A DNA stretch of 64,000 nt, taken from NCBI GenBank assembly GCA_036169735.1, contig JAVHNX010000036.1, positions 13,681 through 77,680 on the forward strand, written 5' to 3'. Source of the DNA: Minisyncoccota bacterium (GTDB taxonomy: Bacteria > Patescibacteriota > Minisyncoccia > Phycocordibacterales > UBA9973). The notes beneath the pieces are model-generated. The model had not been told where the DNA came from, did not search any database, and worked only from the letters and a program-made list of their open reading frames with translations. Shown piece after piece: positions 51,049-61,778 of this stretch (positions within the stretch are counted from its first letter, which is position 1; the number at the start of each line of letters is the position of its first letter). The translations under genes and the position numbers were made by a program.

Positions 51049-51090
51049 AAAGCCCCGTTACCATAAATGGTAACGGGGCTTTCTTTTTTT
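51049..51090 (+). terminator. Intrinsic terminator
   Basis: AAAGCCCCGTTACCA-TAAA-TGGTAACGGGGCTTT + U tract. Confidence 0.85.
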
Positions 51091-51122
51091 ATATATTTTT
51101 GTTATATTTTATGGGTTGATTT

Positions 51123-51194
51123 GAGTGTGTAGTTCAGTGGTAGAACGCTGTCCTGATAAGACAGAGGTCGATGGTCCGATTCCATCCACACTCA
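51123..51194 (+). tRNA. tRNA-Ile(GAT)
   Basis: GAGTGTG/CACACTC acceptor stem, CTGTC-CTGATAA-GACAG; T-loop reads TCCGATT. Confidence 0.9.
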
Positions 51195-51197
51195 CAA

Positions 51198-51437
51198 ATG
51201 AAAGAATTAAATAAAAAAGGGAATGATTGGAAAATGACAGCAATGATTTTTTATGCCAAGACCACCGCGTGGATAATCATCCCAGCACTGTTGTCTATGT
51301 TTGTTAAATCTTTTTTTAGTATAAATTCTGATTTAGTTTTTCCAATTTTAATTGGATTGAGTTTCGGTGTTTCATGTTTCGGTATTTTTAAAGAAATAAA
51401 AAATTATCAAAAGAGTATAGAAAGTAATGGAAAATAA
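51198..51437 (+). CDS. AtpZ/AtpI-like small membrane protein
   Basis: Two TM helices; first gene of the atp operon; start MKELN. Confidence 0.6.
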   Translation: MKELNKKGNDWKMTAMIFYAKTTAWIIIPALLSMFVKSFFSINSDLVFPILIGLSFGVSCFGIFKEIKNYQKSIESNGK

Positions 51438-52290
51438 TACACAAAATACAAATACTGCAGTTTCCCACGAAGTGACTATCTTTGCTGAACCTATTCTTAG
51501 TGTAGGTAATTTTACTGTTACTAATTCCGTTATCACTTCTTGGTTGACTCTTATAGTTATCACAGTTCTTGCTTTGGCAATCCGCCTTAAGATTAAAAAA
51601 ATACCAGGCAAGCTTCAAAATTTTTTTGAAATAATTATGGACGGTGCTTTGTCCCTTTGTGATCAGGTGACAGGTGATAGAAAAATTTCTAAAAAAGTAT
51701 TCCCTTTTTCTTTAACTCTTTTCTTTTTTATTTTAATTAGTAATTGGCTTGGCCTTGTGCCTTTTCTAGGTTCTTTAGGTTTTACTTCTTTTGAAGGAGG
51801 AAATGCTGCGTTTGTGCCGCTTTTCAGATCTGCTACAGCTGATATAAACACCACATTGGCTCTTTCTATTGTTGTAGTTATTGCTTCAAATATTTTTGGT
51901 ATCTTTATGGTTGGATTATGGAAAACTTTTAATAAATATGTTAATCTAATATCGCTTGGTTCTGTATTCACAAAGGTGAAAAAAGATCCAACAGTGCTCA
52001 TTGTTGCTCCTATAAATTTCTTTGTTGGAGTTCTTGAGTTAGTCGGCGAGATGGCAAAAATTGCTTCCTTGTCCTTCCGACTATTCGGAAATGTTTTTGC
52101 GGGTGAAGTGTTACTAGCTTCTATGGGTGCGATTATGTCATACCTCGTCCCTGCACCATTTTTATTTTTGGAAGTGTTCGTTGGATTGATTCAGGCTGTT
52201 GTATTTAGTCTGCTTGCCACTGTGTATTTTGCAATGGCGGCACAGGATCACACTGAGCACGAGGAGAAACACAGTGAAGCACATGCATAG
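51427..52290 (+). CDS. atpB: ATP synthase subunit a
   Basis: NWLGLVP, ATADIN, SLSFRLFGNVFAGE, LIQAVVF. Confidence 0.95.
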   Translation: MENNTQNTNTAVSHEVTIFAEPILSVGNFTVTNSVITSWLTLIVITVLALAIRLKIKKIPGKLQNFFEIIMDGALSLCDQVTGDRKISKKVFPFSLTLFFFILISNWLGLVPFLGSLGFTSFEGGNAAFVPLFRSATADINTTLALSIVVVIASNIFGIFMVGLWKTFNKYVNLISLGSVFTKVKKDPTVLIVAPINFFVGVLELVGEMAKIASLSFRLFGNVFAGEVLLASMGAIMSYLVPAPFLFLEVFVGLIQAVVFSLLATVYFAMAAQDHTEHEEKHSEAHA

Positions 52291-52337
52291 TTATTTATTA
52301 TTATAAGTTAGTCGATTTTATTAAAAGGTTAATATAA

Positions 52338-52586
<249 letters not shown>

Positions 52587-52596
52587 TGGAATGAAT

Positions 52597-52714
52597 CCCG
52601 TTAGAAGCCGCGGTCGCAGTTTCAAATCGGGATATAAATTAATTAGGATTAAAAAAATAATTAGCAGGAAATGGTTTATTTAAAAAGATTGACCGTGACC
52701 TGCTTCTAAACGGG
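52597..52714. mobile_element. CCCGTTAGA/TCTAACGGG element (copy 1) at the atpF start
   Basis: IR CCCGTTAGAAGC / GCTTCTAAACGGG, flanked by the direct repeat ATGAAT on both sides. Confidence 0.7.
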
Positions 52715-53209
52715 ATGAATGAATTAATAACAACATTTCACATAGATTGGAAAATAATGCTCGCACAGCTATTCAACTTTGCGTTGGTTTTTGTTGCTCT
52801 TTATTTTATTGCCGCAAAACCACTTCGCAAGATGATGGACGATCGTGAGAATGAAATAAAGACCGGTTTGACTGATGCTGAAAATGCTAAGGCCGAGCTT
52901 GCAGGAGCAAGTCTAAAAAAGGAAGAAATCACAAGAGAAGCAAAGGACAATGCAAAAAATATTATTTCTCAGTCACAAGCTGACGGTAGAGACATAGTAA
53001 AAGAGGCAAAAGACAAAGCTACTCTTGAAAAAGAAGAAATCTTAAAACAAGCTCGACTTGATGTAGAAAAAGAAAAGAAGACTGGCGACGAAGCTATCAG
53101 AAAAGAAGCTGCAGAGCTCGTCTCTGTTGGTATACGAAAAATGGTTGAAGGCTACGTAGCTGCTGGTAAAGGTGATGAAATTATCAATGCAATGTTGGCT
53201 AAGAAATAA
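52715..53209 (+). CDS. atpF: ATP synthase subunit b
   Basis: AQLFNF...KPL..MMD.R..I..GL..AE. Confidence 0.93.
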   Translation: MNELITTFHIDWKIMLAQLFNFALVFVALYFIAAKPLRKMMDDRENEIKTGLTDAENAKAELAGASLKKEEITREAKDNAKNIISQSQADGRDIVKEAKDKATLEKEEILKQARLDVEKEKKTGDEAIRKEAAELVSVGIRKMVEGYVAAGKGDEIINAMLAKK

Positions 53210-53211
53210 TA

Positions 53212-53628
53212 ATGATTAAATCAAAACAACTGGCTCAGGCTTTATTTGAACTCTCAGAAGAGGAGAACTTGGTAGCAGGACTACCAAGTTCACTTGGTAG
53301 TCCTGCTACCAAGTCATTGGATGAGAAGTTTTTTAGTTTTATTGAAAAAAGAAATTTGAAAGGACAGATGAACTCAGTCCTTTATCACTTGGAAAGAATC
53401 ACTGAACAAGAAAAAGAAAAGAAGGGTATACAGATAGAAACAGCTCATGAGATAAAAGCTGAGACTGCCAAACAAATAAAGACTTTCCTAAAAGCTGATC
53501 ACCTGACTGAATCATTAAAAATCAAAAAAGAATTAGTCGCAGGATTTCGAGCGAAGTTCGGAGGAAAGATTTATGATTCGAGTATTATGACTGGTTTGAA
53601 GAAATTAGAAAGAGAGATTGCCAAATAA
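53212..53628 (+). CDS. atpH: ATP synthase subunit delta (reduced) with in-frame insert
   Basis: LAQALFEL; ELVAGFRAKFGGKIYDSSI; operon position. Confidence 0.8.
   Translation: MIKSKQLAQALFELSEEENLVAGLPSSLGSPATKSLDEKFFSFIEKRNLKGQMNSVLYHLERITEQEKEKKGIQIETAHEIKAETAKQIKTFLKADHLTESLKIKKELVAGFRAKFGGKIYDSSIMTGLKKLEREIAK
53267..53314. repeat. In-frame palindromic doublet in atpH
   Basis: ACTTGGTAGCAGGACTACCAAGT-TC-ACTTGGTAGTCCTGCTACCAAGT: perfect 23-bp arms, 48 nt. Confidence 0.9.
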
Positions 53629-53662
53629 AATTTTTAATATTATTAACTTTAACTAAATTATT

Positions 53663-55150
53663 ATGAGTGCGAATGCAACAATAGAAAATTTAAAAAAAAG
53701 AATTGCTGGTTTTGAAGGAGGAGCCGAGATGTATGAATACGGCACAGTGCTTTCTGTCGCAGATGGAATCGCAAAGATTTCCGGCCTTGCAAAGTGTCAG
53801 TCTTCAGAAATGGTTTCTTTTGATTCCGGAGCTATTGGACTCGCACTCAACTTGGAAGAAGATTCTGTCGGAGCTATCGTGCTCGGAGATTTTTCTAAAA
53901 TCAAAGAAGGGGAAACTGTAAAGAGAACAAATAAAATTCTTTCAATCCCTGTTGGTAAAGGTTTCATTGGACGTGTGGTAAACCCTCTAGGTGAACCCAT
54001 CGATGAAGCTGGAGCTATCCAGTCCGATGCTGTCTACCCTGTAGAAAAAGTCGCTTCAGGTGTTATGACTCGTGAACCTGTGAAAACCCCCGTACAGACA
54101 GGTATAAAGGCTATTGACGCCATGATTCCGATCGGTCGCGGACAACGCGAGCTTATTATCGGTGACCGTCAAACAGGAAAGACTGCTATCGCTATCGATA
54201 CTATCATCAACCAAAAAGGCGAAGATATTATTTGTATCTATGTCGCTATTTCACAAAAGCAATCAAAAGTCGCTCGTATCGTTTCAAAATTAAAAGAAGC
54301 AGGCGCGATGGATTATACTATCGTTGTTTCAGCCGGAGCATCTGATGGTCCAGCTTTCTCATACCTTGCTCCTTACTCTGGTACAGCACTAGGAGAATAT
54401 TTCTTGGACAAAGGGAAAGATGTTTTAATAATTTATGATGATCTTTCCAAGCACGCTGTGGCTTACCGAGAAATCTCTCTCTTACTTCGTCGTCCACCAG
54501 GTCGTGAAGCTTATCCTGGAGACGTTTTCTATTTGCACTCTCGTTTATTGGAACGTGCTTGCCGATTAAATAAAAATTACGGTGGTGGATCTATCACTGC
54601 ACTTCCAATCATCGAGACTCAAGCCGGTGATGTGTCTGCGTATATTCCTACGAACGTTATTTCTATTACTGACGGACAGATTTTCTTGGAAACAGGTCTT
54701 TTCAACAAAGGTCTTCGCCCTGCTATCAACGTCGGTCTTTCTGTTTCTCGTGTCGGTTCATCTGCCCAAATAAAATCAATGAAGAAAGTTGCGGGTAAAA
54801 TGAAACTAGCGATGGCTCAATACCGTGAGCTTGAATCTTTTGCACAATTTGATTCCGATCTTGATCCTGAGACAAAAAAAGCTATCAACAGAGGAAAGAG
54901 AGTCACTGAACTTCTAAAACAAAATCAATACTCTCCTGTGTCTGTTGCAAAACAAGTCACAAGTATCTTTGCTGTAAACGAAGGATATTTGGATGAACTA
55001 GAAACTACAGAAATCAAAGCGTGGGAAGAAGGATTTTATGCTCATCTAGACCGTGCGAAAAAAGATTTACTTACAAAACTTACTACTGGTTGGGATGATG
55101 TTATCGAAGCTGATCTTCGAAGTGCGATTGTAGAATTCATGGGAATGTAA
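53663..55150 (+). CDS. atpA: ATP synthase subunit alpha
   Basis: [32 protein letters not shown]. Confidence 0.98.
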   Translation: MSANATIENLKKRIAGFEGGAEMYEYGTVLSVADGIAKISGLAKCQSSEMVSFDSGAIGLALNLEEDSVGAIVLGDFSKIKEGETVKRTNKILSIPVGKGFIGRVVNPLGEPIDEAGAIQSDAVYPVEKVASGVMTREPVKTPVQTGIKAIDAMIPIGRGQRELIIGDRQTGKTAIAIDTIINQKGEDIICIYVAISQKQSKVARIVSKLKEAGAMDYTIVVSAGASDGPAFSYLAPYSGTALGEYFLDKGKDVLIIYDDLSKHAVAYREISLLLRRPPGREAYPGDVFYLHSRLLERACRLNKNYGGGSITALPIIETQAGDVSAYIPTNVISITDGQIFLETGLFNKGLRPAINVGLSVSRVGSSAQIKSMKKVAGKMKLAMAQYRELESFAQFDSDLDPETKKAINRGKRVTELLKQNQYSPVSVAKQVTSIFAVNEGYLDELETTEIKAWEEGFYAHLDRAKKDLLTKLTTGWDDVIEADLRSAIVEFMGM

Positions 55151-55179
55151 TTTAAAAGCTAGCTAGTTTAGCTACTCAT

Positions 55180-56088
55180 ATGCCTTCGACTAAAGAAATA
55201 AAACAAAAAATAAAATCTACCGGAAACATCAAAAAAATCACTAAAACGATGGAGATGGTTTCGGTTTCCAAGATGCGCCGTGCGGTGGACAAAGCTCTTG
55301 CTTCACGCGCTTATTCTCGTTTTGCTCTTGAACTTTTGGTGAATTTATCAAAAAATAAAGATGTCTCTCATTCTTTGATGGAAAAAGGTAAGGGTGACAA
55401 GGAATTATTGATTGTCGTCGCTAGTAGCAAAGGCTTGTGCGGAGGATATCATACGAACCTTTTCAAAGCTTTAAATATTTATCTTAAAAAAGAAGAGTCC
55501 TTAGGTATAAATTTGAAGGCCATAACGATAGGTAAGTATGGCGAGAAAATTTGTAAGAAAGCAGGTGTCTCGACTTTTGCCAGCTTCCTAAACTTTTCCG
55601 AAGCTTCGAGCATGGAACAAGTAAAAGAATTGTCAGATTTGGTTTCAAAAGAATATGTCGAAGGAGGATACAAGAGTGCAAAGATTTTATACACACAATT
55701 CCTGAAATCAACTTCTTACAAACCAGTCTTACGAGAACTCTTTCCAATCAGTCCTGAATCGGTAAAAAATATTATCGAGACGCCCGAACAGAAAGTTGAT
55801 ATCAGTGAAGAGGGTAATAATTTTGTGGATTATAAGTTTGAACCGGATTTAGAAACAATATTGGAAAGTATTTTACCGGGGTTAGTGGATGTCGTTGTTT
55901 ACCAAGCTTTAGCTGAAGCCTATGCCTCTGAACACTCTGCTCGAATGTTTGCTATGAAGAATGCTGGAGATAATGCCACGACGATATTGGATAGATTGAT
56001 GTTATCTTACAACCACGCAAGACAAGACGGTATTACAAGAGAGCTTTCCGAGATAGTCGCCGGAGCGGAAGCATTATCAAGCAACTAA
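55180..56088 (+). CDS. atpG: ATP synthase subunit gamma
   Basis: KITKTMEMVS, KGLCGG, SEHSARMFAM, RQDGITREL. Confidence 0.96.
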   Translation: MPSTKEIKQKIKSTGNIKKITKTMEMVSVSKMRRAVDKALASRAYSRFALELLVNLSKNKDVSHSLMEKGKGDKELLIVVASSKGLCGGYHTNLFKALNIYLKKEESLGINLKAITIGKYGEKICKKAGVSTFASFLNFSEASSMEQVKELSDLVSKEYVEGGYKSAKILYTQFLKSTSYKPVLRELFPISPESVKNIIETPEQKVDISEEGNNFVDYKFEPDLETILESILPGLVDVVVYQALAEAYASEHSARMFAMKNAGDNATTILDRLMLSYNHARQDGITRELSEIVAGAEALSSN

Positions 56089-57495
<1,407 letters not shown>

Positions 57496-57500
57496 TTAAT

Positions 57501-57620
57501 CCCGTTAGAGGTAGGAAGTCTTTAGACTTCCGTCAGTGTTGCCACTAAAAGTTACTTAACTAAATTTATTATAAAATATTCATTCATCAATAATATAAAA
57601 ACTATATGACCTCTAACGGG
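57501..57620. mobile_element. CCCGTTAGA/TCTAACGGG element (copy 2) at the atpC start
   Basis: Perfect 14-bp IR ATCCCGTTAGAGGT (57499-57512) / ACCTCTAACGGGAT (57609-57622). Confidence 0.7.
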
Positions 57621-57872
57621 ATAAAAATCTCAATTATAGCTAAAGATAAAGTTATCTACCAAGGTGAAGCTATTTCTGTGATTGTTCCTACAAAAAGTGG
57701 AATCATCGAAGTGCTTCCTGAACACATGCAACTCGTCTCTGCTCTTGCAAAAGGTGAGATTGTTTTGACTCTCTCAAATGAAAAGAAAAATTTCACTATC
57801 TCTGGTGGAGTTTTAGAAATAAAAACAAAGAGTAATATACTTATTTTGGCTGATATTGTCTCTGAGCAATAA
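57606..57872 (+). CDS. atpC: ATP synthase subunit epsilon (N-terminal domain only)
   Basis: PTKSG.I.VLPEH..L.S.L..G, ISGG.LE, ILAD; 88 aa. Confidence 0.88.
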   Translation: MTSNGIKISIIAKDKVIYQGEAISVIVPTKSGIIEVLPEHMQLVSALAKGEIVLTLSNEKKNFTISGGVLEIKTKSNILILADIVSEQ

Positions 57873-57883
57873 AATGAAAAAAA

Positions 57884-57906
57884 ATGGCAAGGTTAAGCCT
57901 TGCCAT
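57884..57906. repeat. ATGGCAAGG-TTAAG-CCTTGCCAT palindrome (intergenic)
   Basis: Variant of the 8123/40142 unit with a compensatory T-A to G-C change. Confidence 0.85.
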
Positions 57907-57931
57907 CTGAGATTTATAGTATAATCATTTT

Positions 57932-58609
57932 ATGTCTAAATTTTACGTAGTTGCTACACCGATAGGAAATATGGGAGACATTACCTTCCGAGCTATTGAA
58001 ACACTTAAAGAAGTGGATTTGATACTGTGCGAAGATACCCGTGATACAAAAAGGATTCTTGATAGGTACAATATCAGTAAACCGATGATGAGTTATCATG
58101 CCCAGAGTAAACTCGCAAAGGTGGATAAGATTTTTGAATTATTGGAAGAAGGTAAGAATCTTGCTTTAGTTTCAGATGCTGGCACACCAGGTATTTCTGA
58201 TCCCGGTGCTATGCTAGTTTTTAAAATAAAAGAAAGATTTACAACTGAAGAAGTCCAAGTTATTCCGATACCGGGAGCAACTGCTCTTGTAGCTGCTCTT
58301 TGTGCTTCTGGGCTGCCTACTCATGAATTTACATTTATCGGTTTTATGCCCCACAAGAAAGGCAGAGAAACATTGTTTAAAGAAATAGCAGAAGCAAAAC
58401 GTACAATGGTTTTTTACGAGTCCCCACACAGAATTTTAAAAACTTTAGAATCATTGATAAAATTCTGTCCAGACAAAAAAGTTTGCATTGCTCGTGAAAT
58501 AACAAAAATCTACGAAGAATTTAAAACCGGTTCAGCCGCAGAGCTTCTAGAATATCTGACAGTTAATCCCGTAAAACAAAAAGGGGAGTTTGTTGTGCTT
58601 GTAGCGTAA
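57932..58609 (+). CDS. rsmI: 16S rRNA C1402 2'-O-methyltransferase
   Basis: YVVATPIGN..DIT.RA, CEDTR, VSDAGTPGISDPG, YESPHR, REITK.YEE. Confidence 0.95.
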   Translation: MSKFYVVATPIGNMGDITFRAIETLKEVDLILCEDTRDTKRILDRYNISKPMMSYHAQSKLAKVDKIFELLEEGKNLALVSDAGTPGISDPGAMLVFKIKERFTTEEVQVIPIPGATALVAALCASGLPTHEFTFIGFMPHKKGRETLFKEIAEAKRTMVFYESPHRILKTLESLIKFCPDKKVCIAREITKIYEEFKTGSAAELLEYLTVNPVKQKGEFVVLVA

Positions 58610-58618
58610 TTAAAGGTT

Positions 58619-58668
58619 AAACGAAGGTCGGACCTTAGACATATTTGTCTAAGGTCCGACCTTCGTTT
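58619..58668 (+). repeat. AAGGTCsGACCTT doublet hairpin, also a likely terminator
   Basis: Perfect 23-bp arms followed by a T tract. Confidence 0.8.
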
Positions 58669-58682
58669 TTTTTGTTTTTAAA

Positions 58683-58800
58683 TTGACACATCTATCTAGC
58701 CATGTTATCATGCATTTTATAACAGTATTTTGACATATATTATAGTTTTTCAGTAGAACTCTTTGGGTACCAGGAAACTGGTTTTTAAAGAGTTCTACTG
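58683..58800 (+). promoter_or_regulatory. Sigma70 promoter + boxA-like motif + long leader hairpin
   Basis: TTGACA-17-TATCAT, GTATTTTGACAT at 58725, stem CAGTAGAACTCTTT/AAAGAGTTCTACTG with inner ACCAG-GAAA-CTGGT. Confidence 0.65.
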
Positions 58801-58857
58801 TGAAGTAGTACATATAAATTAAATATAATTTAAACCACTACTAAAAACTATCTTAAA

Positions 58858-59640
58858 ATGAAACAAGCACCTAACACTAACCTCGATCAAATTAAAAATG
58901 ATCCATCGGAAAAGATTAAAAAAATTTCTGGTTGGAAAGACTATTACAAAAAACAAAAAGTAATAGTAACTTTAACCAACGATACTGTTGAAGAAGAAAA
59001 AAGATTCAACAAAGAATGCGATGATATAAATGAAAATCCACAAAATGTTTCTTTCATTGTATTAGCTCCAATAACTTTTTTACACCTTCACGATTTCAAA
59101 GAAAAAGTAGAAATTGCAACCACTTTTTTTTGTTTTATGAAAAACGGACATGTAATCACAGAGGAACGTACTGGTCTCTCAACAATTAATTTTACTAAAG
59201 CATTTAATGCAATTGTAAAAAGAGTTACCGGCACTGACCCAAGTGCAATTGTTCCTGAAGTTCCACTAACTGATTTGCTTAGCTTAGAGCAAGAATCAAA
59301 ACTTCAAGAAAAACTTGATAAGTTTGGTGAAAATTTAGAACTTTGGATGGAAAAGTTTAATATACTTCCAGCAGTAAGGCGTGCGTCTCTTTTTATAGGA
59401 GATCGTCCTGGATGGTTGGTGGAAATTAGTATAAAAAGTGATTTTCCAGGTAATGATTCATGTGATGATTTCATTTTATGTATTGGTAATGAAGTTGTAA
59501 ATCCTGATTGGGATCCGGTTGGAGAAGAGTCTGCATTGTACAAAAAATGGTTCAATGAATTGAAATTGAGTTCTTACGAGAACTTATATAAGTCATTGGT
59601 GGAATTATCAAATCAATATGTTTGTATTCCGCAGGCCTAA
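58858..59640 (+). CDS. Hypothetical protein (orphan)
   Basis: 260-aa ORF with its own promoter and terminator; no recognised motif. Confidence 0.6.
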   Translation: MKQAPNTNLDQIKNDPSEKIKKISGWKDYYKKQKVIVTLTNDTVEEEKRFNKECDDINENPQNVSFIVLAPITFLHLHDFKEKVEIATTFFCFMKNGHVITEERTGLSTINFTKAFNAIVKRVTGTDPSAIVPEVPLTDLLSLEQESKLQEKLDKFGENLELWMEKFNILPAVRRASLFIGDRPGWLVEISIKSDFPGNDSCDDFILCIGNEVVNPDWDPVGEESALYKKWFNELKLSSYENLYKSLVELSNQYVCIPQA

Positions 59641-59659
59641 GTGTTTTGTAAAATTATTT

Positions 59660-59688
59660 AAAAGCCCCAGATCATCGGGGCTTTTTTT
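59660..59688. terminator. Bidirectional terminator
   Basis: AAAAGCCCC...GGGGCTTTTTTT between convergent genes. Confidence 0.75.
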
Positions 59689-59692
59689 ATTT

Positions 59693-61636
59693 CTATAAGA
59701 TATTTTCTGGATCGATATTTACTGAAAATTCACGAGGAAGTAACAAAAGTTTTTCAAGAAGTTTTTCATCAATTTTAGAATTTGTAGATAGTTCAGGTAA
59801 GGACCATTTTTTAGTATCTATTTTTATTAACATATTTGTGACATATTTATCTTTTATTTTACTCACGAAACCACTAAAAATCTCAGGGTCATAATCTTTG
59901 AATACTTCTTCAAGGGCTTTTTTTGTATGAATTGAATCTTCTTTATTTCCCATGTGCGTGATTTTAATAAAACGTTTAAATGGAGGATATCCAAGATTTT
60001 TTCTATCTTCTAATTCTTCACGCACAAAAGACAATATGTTTTCTGTCTCAACTGCATGGATAGCTGGGTCTTGCTTATTTTTGGTTTGGATAATAAGTTT
60101 GTCTTTTGTTTTGGAAATTATCGAAAAAATAAGTTGGATAATTTTCTCATTCATTTTGAAACTAGGCACACTCCAAAGTGAATCAAAAGAAGCGATGACT
60201 GAGAGGGTAACAGGTTCTTTTATATATAGTAGTGCCATCTCAGTACCGACGAGTATTGATCCAGGATTCTCTTCAAATTCCTTTATTATTTTTATTGCAC
60301 CTTTGGTTGTCTTGGCTGATTCTTTGTCGAGTTTAAAAATTTTTGTTTCAGGGAAAAGTTTTTGAGCTTCTTCAAATACAGTATCAGTACCAATACCGAG
60401 CGGCATAAGATTCCAACTATTACAATTTAAACATCTGGTCTCAGGATCTTTTTCTGTATTACATCGGTTACAAGCAAACATTCTTTTTTTACCATCTCTA
60501 GATAAATAAAGGACGACAGGTACGGAACATTTTGTGCACATGACTGGTTCATTACAATCTCGGCAAAGTGTCTCTGTTGCCAGGCCTTTTCGTAGTGAAA
60601 ATATAAAAATGCTTTCTTTTTTTGTAATCACTTCTTGTATTTCTTGGGCAGTATCGTCAGTTAATACTTTAAATTTCTCTTCCTTTTTTTCTGGTATTTT
60701 TATTTCTCCTTCAAAATTTAACCTGAAAGATAATGGGTGTACTTCAGAAAAATTATCCATTTCTTTTCGAGCTATTGTTTCAAAATGAAGTAGGGAATCA
60801 CCGAGTATAAGTTTGGCACTTATCTTTGAAGCATAAAGTTCCACAAATGAACGCAGGTCGAAATAAGGCCTATTCATCATTTTGTAAGCATTGGAACTCT
60901 CATGTTCCAGGATAATAGTCCCAAAATCACGACGTGGTATAGATAAAAATGGTGCAGTACCAAATACGAGGACTGGGTGTGAGGAAGTTACAATCTCATC
61001 AAATTTTTTTAAAATCTTTTTTGGTCCCAATCCTGCATACATTGAGAAGCTGAAGTTCTCGATTCCTTTCGATAATGTTTTTGAAAATATCTCAATATCT
61101 ATCTCAGTAGGTAAAACTATAAAAACTGATTTTTTTTCTGCGAATGATCCACGGATCAGAGTCTTGTAAAAAGAAATACGATCTTCAAGTGGATATTGAA
61201 AAAGTAATTTTTCTTTTTTTATATTCACCCCTCCCAACCCTCCCCTTGGCAAGGGGAGGGCAATGGTGTAATCTTCATTTTTTATTTTAGATATCTTGTC
61301 GTACTCTTCTCGAAAGATTGATGGGATCAAAGTCACAATTGCATCATTTTTTCTTGTTGCAAAATATTTACTGATGTCGAGAGTGGACTCGATATATTCT
61401 TTTAAGAAAATTGAGTTCTCTTTTACTTCAGTTATTTTTTTTAGATTGAATGCCAGGTTTTTTATATCAGATTTTGTGTCAGTTGCTTTCTCTGAAGAGA
61501 CCGCTAGACCAAGTATTTGTTTATTTCGAATTGGCACAGTCACAATACTCCCATCAGGTATATTTTTTGAGCTAAAATAGGTCAGATTTTCCCTGAAAGC
61601 TCCTTTTTCCAACGGGATTACTGTCACGATTTTCAT
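59693..61636 (-). CDS. priA: Primosomal protein N' (degenerate helicase motifs)
   Basis: Cys-rich CRDC..CTKC..CNRC..CLNC, GIGT, ILVGTE, IQT, EL.DR..LGYPPF. Confidence 0.82.
   Translation of the reverse strand: MKIVTVIPLEKGAFRENLTYFSSKNIPDGSIVTVPIRNKQILGLAVSSEKATDTKSDIKNLAFNLKKITEVKENSIFLKEYIESTLDISKYFATRKNDAIVTLIPSIFREEYDKISKIKNEDYTIALPLPRGGLGGVNIKKEKLLFQYPLEDRISFYKTLIRGSFAEKKSVFIVLPTEIDIEIFSKTLSKGIENFSFSMYAGLGPKKILKKFDEIVTSSHPVLVFGTAPFLSIPRRDFGTIILEHESSNAYKMMNRPYFDLRSFVELYASKISAKLILGDSLLHFETIARKEMDNFSEVHPLSFRLNFEGEIKIPEKKEEKFKVLTDDTAQEIQEVITKKESIFIFSLRKGLATETLCRDCNEPVMCTKCSVPVVLYLSRDGKKRMFACNRCNTEKDPETRCLNCNSWNLMPLGIGTDTVFEEAQKLFPETKIFKLDKESAKTTKGAIKIIKEFEENPGSILVGTEMALLYIKEPVTLSVIASFDSLWSVPSFKMNEKIIQLIFSIISKTKDKLIIQTKNKQDPAIHAVETENILSFVREELEDRKNLGYPPFKRFIKITHMGNKEDSIHTKKALEEVFKDYDPEIFSGFVSKIKDKYVTNMLIKIDTKKWSLPELSTNSKIDEKLLEKLLLLPREFSVNIDPENIL
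61226..61262. repeat. In-frame CCCTCCCCTT-GGC-AAGGGGAGGG palindrome in priA
   Basis: GC-rich patch in an AT-rich gene encoding ALPLPRGGLGGV; same family as the mnmA 29705 unit. Confidence 0.8.
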
Positions 61637-61680
61637 ATTTCTATTCTAGCATAATTTGTGATATATTTAGCCGTATGGGT

Positions 61681-61778
61681 CCCGTTAGAAGTTATCCTAA
61701 TGGGGCTTATTTATAAACATAATAAAGTTACCTAAAAGTCATTTATCTATAATGTAATATTGGTTAACTTCTAACGGG
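61681..61778. mobile_element. CCCGTTAGA/TCTAACGGG element (copy 3) at the mreB start
   Basis: Perfect 15-bp IR TCCCGTTAGAAGTTA / TAACTTCTAACGGGA; flanks ATGGGT / ATGGGA. Confidence 0.7.

Noticed and set aside
51053-51079. CCCGTTA/TAACGGG inside the terminator after the orphan gene
   Set aside because: Only 7 bp match the element IR, the loop is tiny and a U tract follows; treated as a terminator.
61607-61619. TTCCAACGGGAT near the priA start resembling the element arm
   Set aside because: Encodes ordinary N-terminal residues (VIPLE), has a mismatch to the core, and has no own partner arm or duplication.
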